From: a virus
Length of the DNA: 64,000 bases
IMG/VR virus record: IMGVR_UViG_3300031746_000003
Span: 1 to 64,000 of that record
Direction: 5' to 3' (one strand)
This document shows, piece after piece, positions 46,157 to 54,505 of the stretch. Position numbers and translations under genes: made by a program. Below the pieces are notes generated by a model. That model did no database searches and was not told where the DNA came from. It was given only the letters and a program-made list of their open reading frames with translations. The first letter of the stretch is position 1, and every line of letters begins with the position of its first letter.

Positions 46157-47892
46157 TGATCAAGCTCAGCCACTTCAGAGGAGAATCTGAAGCTGGGCCT
46201 ACGGTAATACCGCTCTTTGGTCCCGCTGATTCTACGTTTGAGAAGGTTGCTTCTTACACCCTTCTACCAGACGTAGTCCGTTACATTGGGGACCTAAGAC
46301 CCTCGCACAACTCTCAGTACGTTCTAGTGAACGCCATGGGAGCTACGGAGTGGTGGGGGTCTAACGTGAACGGGGATAGCTTCAAAGAAGCCTCCTTGAT
46401 TCATCGCCCTGAGAACTGGACTGGTAACCCCCTACTAGACAAGGTGGTAGCCAGGGACTGGGCCTATGGTTTCCCCACGTTCTACAACGCCCACGCCTTC
46501 GCTCACCATAAGAACAAGGATGCTGGCAGGGCTTACGGTAATGTAGAGCTAGCTGCCTGGAACCCGCACATGAAGCGGGTAGAGCTGGTCATCAGGGTAG
46601 ACAAGGACAAGTGTGAGCAGTTCGGTGGTACTGCTGTCTGGGATAGGCTTCGAGCAGGGCAGTACCCGGATGTCAGCATGGGATGTCGGGTCAAGTTTGA
46701 TACCTGTAGTATCTGTCTAGACCGCGAGCTCTACAACAAGGCCATTGCTAGCTTCAACCCGAAGACACAGAAGGCCCCTGACGACGCGGTTATAGCTATG
46801 CATGAGCGGCTGAAGGCTCATGACGGCGTCGGTATTCGTGGGGTATCGAAGACACGCGTTGACTACTGTCAGCACGCGTTAAAGCAGATGAACAAGATCT
46901 TGCCCGATGGGCGCAAGGTCTGGGTAGACAATGACTACCCCAGGTTCTTCGACATCAGCTTTGTATTCATCGGGGCAGACAAGACTGCCAAGGTGATGAT
47001 GTTCATCCATGGTGGGAAGATGAAGACATCTTCTCAGCTAGCTGATGAGCTAGGTTACATAGAGCTTGTCGGCGGTACTGAGAAGGTAGCTTCAGTAGAC
47101 GATGAGATCTTGAAGATGGCTCTGCTTGGTAAGAGCGCCAAGAGCAAAAAAGGAGAGATGAAGAAGGACATCGTACCTAGCCAGTTCGCTGGTAAGGCGG
47201 TGCCTATCATCTCCGGTAAAGAGAAGGACCTTCCTGACGAGGTTCTAGAAGCTATGGCTAAGGTGCCACTAGAGAGGTCCCTAGCTACAGCTTCTGGGTT
47301 AGGCATGGTTCTGAAGCCGAGAGAGTTTCAGAGGATCACTCTTATCAGTATTTCTCAGCGCCCCATGGCAGACCAGTTAGACAAGGACAACAAGGTCTTT
47401 AGCCACTGCGATGAAGAGCACCCAATAGGGATGTCCCCTAAGGACTTCATGCCAGCATTGGCTCGTTTACTGCTGCCATTGATGGCTTCTAGGTCTGCAC
47501 TTGGGGAACATGTAGAGAAGCGGGCGATGGAGGCTTTTAGTTCTCCAGCAGAAATTAAAGATCCCCCTTCTTCCCATAGTGCGGAGATACTACGTAAGAT
47601 TAGTTCTGCCTATAACGGTTACCGTAGAGAACTAATGGACTTGGCCGCACATTCTCAGGAGCTCATACCTAAAGCAGCAATGGTTGCTGAGGTAGAGTTG
47701 CACAAGCTGGCTAATGCTACGGTAGAAGATACCTTTACCCCACTGTCTATTGAGTATCTACAACAAGCCTTCTTGAATGAGAGGGGTGTTGGACATACAA
47801 CAGCAGAAGTGGTAAAACAATCAACAATCAGGCTAACGCCGGCGTGTAGAGAGGTTCCCCTCTCAGTGAGCACGTGGAACCATCGTACGTAA
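46156..47892 (+). CDS. prohead (capsid maturation) serine protease
   Basis: NVNGDSF, AHHKN (His), DVSMGC (Ser), CSIC, FFDISFV..GAD; upstream of scaffold and capsid genes. Confidence 0.7.
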   Translation: MIKLSHFRGESEAGPTVIPLFGPADSTFEKVASYTLLPDVVRYIGDLRPSHNSQYVLVNAMGATEWWGSNVNGDSFKEASLIHRPENWTGNPLLDKVVARDWAYGFPTFYNAHAFAHHKNKDAGRAYGNVELAAWNPHMKRVELVIRVDKDKCEQFGGTAVWDRLRAGQYPDVSMGCRVKFDTCSICLDRELYNKAIASFNPKTQKAPDDAVIAMHERLKAHDGVGIRGVSKTRVDYCQHALKQMNKILPDGRKVWVDNDYPRFFDISFVFIGADKTAKVMMFIHGGKMKTSSQLADELGYIELVGGTEKVASVDDEILKMALLGKSAKSKKGEMKKDIVPSQFAGKAVPIISGKEKDLPDEVLEAMAKVPLERSLATASGLGMVLKPREFQRITLISISQRPMADQLDKDNKVFSHCDEEHPIGMSPKDFMPALARLLLPLMASRSALGEHVEKRAMEAFSSPAEIKDPPSSHSAEILRKISSAYNGYRRELMDLAAHSQELIPKAAMVAEVELHKLANATVEDTFTPLSIEYLQQAFLNERGVGHTTAEVVKQSTIRLTPACREVPLSVSTWNHRT

Positions 47893-47914
47893 CATCCCCG
47901 GAGGATTAAATTCC

Positions 47915-48559
47915 ATGAGCACATTGCACGGTAACGAAGATATGGAGAAGGCGGCGGCAGCTGAGCTATTTGTTAAGCTCGCCCAGGAGAACGGCATCAA
48001 TCTTAACCAGATGACTGATGCGGATATCAGCAGTCTCTGGCAGGAGACGTTCGGTGAGAAGACCGCTGAGGCAGCAGTAGCAGTAGAGCCCACGGTTGAC
48101 CCGACGATTGAGGCTGCCGAGCAGGAGCACGCTGAGAAGCAGGCTTCGCTAGCTAAGTTTGCTGAGGCGGAAGAGCTTGGTCGTCACATGGCCCGTAGCT
48201 ATGTGGATGAGCTCCAGAAGATAGGCTCTGCGGCTAAGACAGCCGGAGACGACGAGAAGAAGGATGAAGCCAAGGACGAGGACAAGAAGGACGACAAGGA
48301 CGCCGACGACAAGGGTGGCTTCCCCTTCAAGAAGGCTTCCGCCATCGACCAGCTCTCGGCATACAAGGCTGTAGAGAAGGCTGCGTCTATTGGGTACAGC
48401 AGTGAGGAAGCGGCAGACCGGATCAGTGCAGTGCTGACTCTTGGTCTGGCGAACAACGACGGTGTCAAGGTCGCGTCTGCCCCCAACGTAGAAACGGCCA
48501 CTGAGATTCGCTCGCTAGAGCTTCTTGAGGCGGCTGGTTACCCGGTCACTTGGAACTAA
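47915..48559 (+). CDS. putative scaffold protein (acidic, KxA repeats)
   Basis: MEKAAA, VKLAQ, EKTAE, EKQAS, AKTAG, KKASA, VKVAS. Confidence 0.6.
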   Translation: MSTLHGNEDMEKAAAAELFVKLAQENGINLNQMTDADISSLWQETFGEKTAEAAVAVEPTVDPTIEAAEQEHAEKQASLAKFAEAEELGRHMARSYVDELQKIGSAAKTAGDDEKKDEAKDEDKKDDKDADDKGGFPFKKASAIDQLSAYKAVEKAASIGYSSEEAADRISAVLTLGLANNDGVKVASAPNVETATEIRSLELLEAAGYPVTWN

Positions 48560-48579
48560 GTGGATGCTAAGAGGTACTG

Positions 48580-50076
48580 ATGTTCAAGCTATCGGACTCC
48601 AACTCGATAGCCCTCCCCGACCCAACTGCTGGGTCGGCGGAGGATGCACCAATAGCTCTTACGCACGTAGCAAACAAGCCAGCTCCAGGACTCAAGGGAC
48701 CAGCAGGTCTTTCCCCCCGAACTTCCTACTCCAGAGTGAACACAGGATCTCCGCCTATCCCCGACGCAGGGGCATCAGGGCAGAAGAGCATGTCACCAGG
48801 AGGCTTGGAGTTCTTACCCAAGACAGCCAGTGAGGATTTCATGCACACTATGATCGAGCGTCCTACTCTCCAAGACATGCTGAAGGCAGCCATGGAGGGC
48901 ACCATCAACAAGGTGGACATCACCAATGAGGCTGCCCGTCAGCTGTACAACCAGGGTGATGACGAAGCCCCAGTAGCTGAGAAGATGGCTTCCACTACGC
49001 ACTTTTCTACTGACTACATCGAGAAGCTTTCCGATGCTATCGGCTACATTGCTGAGAAGCTAGCAGAGGACAGCAAGAAGGAAGCTGCTACTGGCCATCA
49101 GCAGAAGCCAGGTGAAGGTCCGGGTGCTCTACATGTCATGCAGGCTACGTCCAGCATGAGGAACGTGGATGCTGGTGAGCAGGGTCAAGCTAAGACTCAG
49201 CTGCCGGTTAACCCCGGTACAAAGAAGCTACCTGGGCAGAAGCAAGATCCAGGTACAGCGATGGAGACCAACGTGCACATGCAACATGGCGAGCAGCCTG
49301 TTGACCCGTGGCACAATGAGAAGGCCAAGCTATCAGAAGCTGCTGACCAATCGCTGGTAGAGCGTCTGAAGAAGCTTGCTGCTGGACTGCCTGGCGCTCC
49401 TACATTTGCTGGACGTGCCGGTGGTGTGAGCTCGGCTCTAGTTAAGCCCACAGGAGCTCAGTGGGCTCCAGGTCATAGCGCAGCTGGCAGAGATCCCTTC
49501 CATGGAATGGCTCTACCGAAGTCGCCGATACCTGCCCCACCAGCACATGTTTACCAGGCTGCTGGTATGGCTCAGCCAAAGGTGGCGGCAGCTCCTGTCG
49601 CTCTTCTTCGCAAGCTAGCTGGTGAGGATGAAGCTCCGGCTACCATCAGTGCTGGTCCAGCAGTACCTCCTGACGCCAGCTCTGCTGAGCAGGGTGTCCC
49701 TGTGCAGCCTTCTGACGTCAATCGTCAGACCAATATGGTTGACTCTAATATGTCGGCCATTAACTACACCAAGGGGCAGGCCAAGGCAGATCCCAAGACT
49801 GACGTGAACAAGGTCCTCGTCGAGAAGGCTCTTTCGTCGGCTACTGACAAGACACTTGAACGTGCCTTCGCCCATACGGGACAGGCTGGTGTGAAGATCT
49901 CTGCCGCTGATACTTCTGATGCGTCTATTAAGGTAGCTGCAGCTCGTGCACTACTCTCTAAGATCGCATCGGAAGTAGACGACAAGCGTAAGAACAATAA
50001 AGAGAAGGACTCCGCCTTTGGAGGTCCTACACCACAGGCAGCTACTGGTGTTAATGCTGCCTCTATGGGTTCCTAG
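48580..50076 (+). CDS. putative scaffold/internal head protein (disordered, KxA repeats)
   Basis: KTAS, EKMAS, KEAA, KKLAA, KVAA, RKLAG; possible second start at 48841. Confidence 0.6.
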   Translation: MFKLSDSNSIALPDPTAGSAEDAPIALTHVANKPAPGLKGPAGLSPRTSYSRVNTGSPPIPDAGASGQKSMSPGGLEFLPKTASEDFMHTMIERPTLQDMLKAAMEGTINKVDITNEAARQLYNQGDDEAPVAEKMASTTHFSTDYIEKLSDAIGYIAEKLAEDSKKEAATGHQQKPGEGPGALHVMQATSSMRNVDAGEQGQAKTQLPVNPGTKKLPGQKQDPGTAMETNVHMQHGEQPVDPWHNEKAKLSEAADQSLVERLKKLAAGLPGAPTFAGRAGGVSSALVKPTGAQWAPGHSAAGRDPFHGMALPKSPIPAPPAHVYQAAGMAQPKVAAAPVALLRKLAGEDEAPATISAGPAVPPDASSAEQGVPVQPSDVNRQTNMVDSNMSAINYTKGQAKADPKTDVNKVLVEKALSSATDKTLERAFAHTGQAGVKISAADTSDASIKVAAARALLSKIASEVDDKRKNNKEKDSAFGGPTPQAATGVNAASMGS

Positions 50077-50109
50077 GCATCCTGAGTGTAGAATACTAAG
50101 GACTACTTC

Positions 50110-50475
50110 ATGGAAAAGCTAAGTAACGAAAAGATCTCTCAGGTTCTACAGGACACTCAAGTTGTTCTGATGAGCGTCGCGGCCGAGCGTGACTCTGCTG
50201 TTGAGAAGCTTGCTCATCTAGAGCGGCGTCTTGATGCCGAGAAGCTTGCTGCCATGATGCACCACAAGGGTCTGGAGACAGACACAGATTTTGCTTCGCT
50301 AGCTGACCATCTTGAGAAAGAGGCAGAGCGGGGCAAATTCGAAGTAATCAAACAAGCGGTTGAGATGGTCGGTCCCAACATGGGATTTAAGACCGCAAGT
50401 GTTCACCACGACTCGGTGACCCAAGGAGCCGGACATACCGACTTCGAAAGGTTCCTAGTCGGGGACGTAGGCTGA
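50110..50475 (+). CDS. small scaffold-like protein
   Basis: Coiled coil with EKLA x2 and FKTAS. Confidence 0.6.
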   Translation: MEKLSNEKISQVLQDTQVVLMSVAAERDSAVEKLAHLERRLDAEKLAAMMHHKGLETDTDFASLADHLEKEAERGKFEVIKQAVEMVGPNMGFKTASVHHDSVTQGAGHTDFERFLVGDVG

Positions 50476-50497
50476 CCAAGGATTCAGGAGGATATTC

Positions 50498-51022
50498 ATG
50501 AGCACCGTGCAGCGAATCAATTTTGAACCGGTCAGTGACATACTACCGGTTCAGCGTAGGGACTTCCCACTTAACGATCCGACCCTAGCTGACCCACTGA
50601 ACTCAGTGGCGCTAGTGGATGGTGAGTGGGCAACCATCAACAGCGCCTATAAGCTAGTGCGTGGCAGCGATGTCACGGCCACTGGTGACCCGGCGCTCAT
50701 CAAGACCTTCCCGGTTTTCATGGAGCGTGGTCGTTACGATGTGCAGGCGATGTCACAGCGTAAGACGATGATCCTCTGGCGTGGAGATTACGAGTTCGAT
50801 ACTCGTATCTTTGATGCCTCGGTGACAATTGGCGGAGGAGCTCCTATTACTACGGTTATGCAGCCACTCAAGGTTGCGACCATTGTGATTGGCGCCCGTA
50901 AGTTCACCGGGCTAGTTGGCCATGGTGGAGCTGCGGATACTAACCCCGTTGTAGGCTTCGTTTCTCGGCTACCCGCCAGCAACGGTGGCAAGCTTCGGTT
51001 CATCAACGGTAGCCGGGTCTAA
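50498..51022 (+). CDS. putative capsid decoration/cement protein
   Basis: Beta-rich 174 aa protein immediately upstream of the MCP; AGGAGG RBS. Confidence 0.55.
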   Translation: MSTVQRINFEPVSDILPVQRRDFPLNDPTLADPLNSVALVDGEWATINSAYKLVRGSDVTATGDPALIKTFPVFMERGRYDVQAMSQRKTMILWRGDYEFDTRIFDASVTIGGGAPITTVMQPLKVATIVIGARKFTGLVGHGGAADTNPVVGFVSRLPASNGGKLRFINGSRV

Positions 51023-51056
51023 TCCCGAGCTCTGACAAGGATTAGGAGAAGAACAA

Positions 51057-52181
51057 ATGAGCGTCCCGGCACGTATGCTGAATGAGCTCTTTACCCAGAA
51101 GCTTTCATCGGCTGAGGGTAAGGAAAAGATCGCGGAGTATGGTGGCTCGTACATTCGAGACCGTCTTCGTGAGGTTAGCTTTGCGCGGAAGATCCTTCCG
51201 CCTGAGCAGGTCACACGGGCGGATTGCCAGCGGTCGGTTAATCACGACACGCTAGTGAAGATCGTCGATGTTGAGCCGAAGAGCCGAGCGATGTCGATCA
51301 CGTTCCGTGGACAGCCCACGGCACGGTTCATTCGCGGGGCGAAGGCCGAGATCGCGTTCTACACGATCAGCTCTGAGATCTTCCAGAAGACAGAGCAGGA
51401 GCTTCTCGCCTACGAGATGCCCATCACCAAGATTATCGAGGAGAACTCGGTAAAGGATATCCAGGAGATTGAGGACCGTGAGTTCCTCATCCACATTGAG
51501 GCGGCCTGCCAGGCGCTACAGACAGAGGCCAACGGTGGCGTGTCTACGGCGCTCAACTGGACGAACATCAATGCGGCTTCCGTGGTCGAGTTCTCGATCA
51601 TCAAGGGTGAGCTAGCTCGTACGGCTGGCGTCGATGACGCCACTGTCCGTCCGATCCAGCGCCCGGATGTGGTCAACCTGTTCAAGCTTCTTGACGGGAA
51701 CCGTCTCCGTGCCGAGCGCATCCTCATGACGGAGGTCGACTGGGACGACATCCTTCAGTGGACCCTTGAGGACTTCGGTGATCGCATGCAGTCCGAGACT
51801 GCAGTTGACGGCTACAAGTACAACACGCTGCTCGGTCGTCCGTACATCCGTACGATCAAGACGGACATCCTCCGTCGCGGCAACGTGTACGTGTTCACGC
51901 GTCCGGAGTTCTTCGGTAAGTTCTACGTGCTTAACAACACGAAGTTCTACATCGACAAGATCGCGAACACGATCACCTTCCAGGCCTGGGAAGACATTGG
52001 TATGGGCATCATCAACATCGCGTCTGTTCGTAAGCTAGAGCTCTACTCTGGTGACGCGAACCCGACGACGAATGCTGACTCGCTGCTCGCCAACTTCATC
52101 CCAACGGATGAGGACCAGCTCGGCGCGGTGAACAACCGTGTTGACCAGGGCCTCAAGTTCCCGCAGGTCAGCCAGTTCTGA
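51057..52181 (+). CDS. major capsid protein (HK97 fold)
   Basis: IRDRLREVSFARKILPP, IQEIEDREFL; strong codon bias; AGGAG RBS; downstream hairpin; head-module position. Confidence 0.8.
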   Translation: MSVPARMLNELFTQKLSSAEGKEKIAEYGGSYIRDRLREVSFARKILPPEQVTRADCQRSVNHDTLVKIVDVEPKSRAMSITFRGQPTARFIRGAKAEIAFYTISSEIFQKTEQELLAYEMPITKIIEENSVKDIQEIEDREFLIHIEAACQALQTEANGGVSTALNWTNINAASVVEFSIIKGELARTAGVDDATVRPIQRPDVVNLFKLLDGNRLRAERILMTEVDWDDILQWTLEDFGDRMQSETAVDGYKYNTLLGRPYIRTIKTDILRRGNVYVFTRPEFFGKFYVLNNTKFYIDKIANTITFQAWEDIGMGIINIASVRKLELYSGDANPTTNADSLLANFIPTDEDQLGAVNNRVDQGLKFPQVSQF

Positions 52182-52224
52182 TCTGAGAGAACAAGAACAC
52201 TGTACTCTGTACAGTGGACTGCTC

Positions 52225-52259
52225 GAAGGGCGTCGGAGCCGGATGGCCCGGCGCCCTTC
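52225..52259 (+). terminator. strong hairpin after the MCP (terminator or mRNA stabiliser)
   Basis: GAAGGGCGTCGG...CCGGCGCCCTTC; weak U tract. Confidence 0.55.
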
Positions 52260-52305
52260 AAGTTTAAAGTGACCAAGATTTCCTTCCACTCGGAGAAAAA
52301 AACAA

Positions 52306-52977
52306 ATGACTACTGGATCTGGATTGTTTAGCACGCAGCAAGCCCGCCTAGCCCATCTCGTGAGGGGCGCTGGTGGTTTACCTGGTGAGATAGCGGACGT
52401 TCGTAATGACGTACTGGTCACCTTGGCTCCTTTGGCTGCCATAGGGGTTGAGGAGTTCACCAACGCGGCAGCGGCTGGTGCTGCTGACCTTGCGGCTGCG
52501 GCTGCTACAACCGTGGCACCTCAGACGGTCTCGACGTTCCTGGCACCTGGTATCGCCAAGTTGGCGGCGTTCCCCCGCAACATCACCCTGACGACGGCTG
52601 GGGTAACCCCTGCTGATGCACCGGCCACCGCCGTGGTGACTGGTACCTACCGTGGTAAGGCCCAGACCGAGACCATCACGGTGGCTCAGACCGCTACTAT
52701 CGCGACTGGCGTCAAGCCGTTCTCGACGATCGCGCGTGTGGTCTATGCCGCTGCCGATGGTACTGCCGCGACGATCTCCATCGGTGTTGGAGCTGGTCTT
52801 GGTGTATCAGAGGTTCCTAAGAGCAGGGCTGGCTTGGTTGCTCCTATCCGTGAGATTGCTGTCGGTGTGGTTGTGACCACCGGTACCCTAACCACTGCTG
52901 GTCTTTACACCCCGGCGGCTGCGCCAGATGGTGTCAAGGACTACGCGGTGTACTACGAGTACGACGGGGCCCTCTGA
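52306..52977 (+). CDS. Ala/Thr-rich virion protein (possible head decoration)
   Basis: Directly follows the MCP; biased codon use. Confidence 0.6.
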   Translation: MTTGSGLFSTQQARLAHLVRGAGGLPGEIADVRNDVLVTLAPLAAIGVEEFTNAAAAGAADLAAAAATTVAPQTVSTFLAPGIAKLAAFPRNITLTTAGVTPADAPATAVVTGTYRGKAQTETITVAQTATIATGVKPFSTIARVVYAAADGTAATISIGVGAGLGVSEVPKSRAGLVAPIREIAVGVVVTTGTLTTAGLYTPAAAPDGVKDYAVYYEYDGAL

Positions 52978-53003
52978 GTTTACCTAGCTAATACAGGAGA
53001 GAA

Positions 53004-53522
53004 GTGATGGCAGAATACCTATTGGTCAGTATGACCAAGTCCAGGCACACCAGACTACAGCGTATGAAGGCTGCACAGCACCACTCTGCTGTACAGAAGA
53101 TGGCTGGTGGCAAGTTCCTCGTAAAGCCCAGTAGGACTCTGCAGATCACAGAGGCCAACCTGTTGCTACACCTGGCGGAGTTCAAGCAGGCTGTCGCTGA
53201 CGGCCGCCTCCAGGTGTTGACGGTTGTTGGTAGGCGGGTCGTAGATCTAACTAATCTACAGCCCGCCCCACTCACCCCCACTCTACCCCTCCCCAACCCA
53301 CCTCTCGATACAGCGGCTACTGATACGCCGTCTGGTGAGAAGATGCGGCCATACCTGACTGGTAAGGCCCTGGATGAGGCCTCGGTGATCCCTTCTGTCA
53401 TTGCTGCTCTAGCTAAGGAAGAAGCAGACGAGAAGGATGACGACGAAGAGACCGAAGAGACAGACGAGCCTGACGATGTGCCGTTAGACCCGGCTACCCT
53501 TCGGCGTAATACAAGGAAGTAA
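53004..53522 (+). CDS. hypothetical protein with acidic tail
   Basis: AGGAG RBS; in the structural operon. Confidence 0.6.
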   Translation: MMAEYLLVSMTKSRHTRLQRMKAAQHHSAVQKMAGGKFLVKPSRTLQITEANLLLHLAEFKQAVADGRLQVLTVVGRRVVDLTNLQPAPLTPTLPLPNPPLDTAATDTPSGEKMRPYLTGKALDEASVIPSVIAALAKEEADEKDDDEETEETDEPDDVPLDPATLRRNTRK

Positions 53523-53527
53523 CACTC

Positions 53528-54028
53528 GTGGCCCTTCAGGGTATTACAGGTATGAGCGCCACCATGCAGGACTTTGTCCAGATGGTGCGCTTGTACATAC
53601 GGGACTTTCCTGAACTGAATCGAATCATCGCTGGTGAAGAGTCCAGCGATCGTATGATTGCTTGGGCTGTCCTGGATGCCATGTCGGACTTCAACGGTAC
53701 GCCCCCACTGGGGAGTATCAGCCTAGAAGATCTACTCCAGCGGCAGCAACATCACCTGCTCCTACGCATGACGGTGGAATCACTGATAGAATCAGTGGGT
53801 CTACTGCAGACGCGTAACCACATCAACTACTCCAACGGTGGCATCAACGTAGGCGTTAATGACAAGACTCCATTACTCATGAACTGGCTGCAGTACTTCA
53901 AGTCGACTACTGAACAGCAGAAGCAGAGAGTAAAAGTTGCCATGAACATAGAGCAGATCTTGGGTCCCAATAACCCAGGTGTGCACAGTGAGCTCTGGGC
54001 AGTTAACGCAACCTACCTCAGTTACTAA
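53528..54028 (+). CDS. putative head-tail connector/adaptor
   Basis: Helical 166 aa (VRLYIRDFPELN...NYSNGGINV); post-capsid position. Confidence 0.55.
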   Translation: MALQGITGMSATMQDFVQMVRLYIRDFPELNRIIAGEESSDRMIAWAVLDAMSDFNGTPPLGSISLEDLLQRQQHHLLLRMTVESLIESVGLLQTRNHINYSNGGINVGVNDKTPLLMNWLQYFKSTTEQQKQRVKVAMNIEQILGPNNPGVHSELWAVNATYLSY

Positions 54029-54036
54029 AGGTCTAT

Positions 54037-54504
54037 ATGCCCAAGATAGTTATCCGTAAGGCCTCTAAGAACATTCGTGACGTAGAGCTACTGCTTCAGG
54101 GCGGAGTTACCGGTGGTGCTGGGTTACCTGCCCTAGGTATCTATGGGTTGGATGGGCTGACACTGAAGTTTCTGAGCCCGTCAGTGACTACGGTTACCCT
54201 AGATACGAATCCTGAGGGTGCCCAGCAACTGCTGTCCCCAAAGGAGATCAAGACTCAGATAGAAGCAGCGGTGGCCACTGTCCGCGTGAGCTTCATAGCC
54301 GATGGTAATACTAACCGTATGTCTATAGTTGAGGTAACACCCACATCAGGTGTCTCACTAGACAAGACAGGTACGGCCAACGCAGCGCTGGGGTTCACCA
54401 CAGCTGTGAACACCGTGGGTGTTAAGTATGGTCTTGCTGCAGCCCCTAGGTTGGTACAGATGCTGCCCACCGATGATGGTTTTCTAGTTATCACGGAGGA
54501 GTGA
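54037..54504 (+). CDS. virion protein resembling the sheath-inserted beta domains
   Basis: EIKTQIEAA...GTANAALGF resembles sheath AMLAAITAT...GTANAILGL. Confidence 0.55.
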   Translation: MPKIVIRKASKNIRDVELLLQGGVTGGAGLPALGIYGLDGLTLKFLSPSVTTVTLDTNPEGAQQLLSPKEIKTQIEAAVATVRVSFIADGNTNRMSIVEVTPTSGVSLDKTGTANAALGFTTAVNTVGVKYGLAAAPRLVQMLPTDDGFLVITEE

Positions 54505-54505
54505 T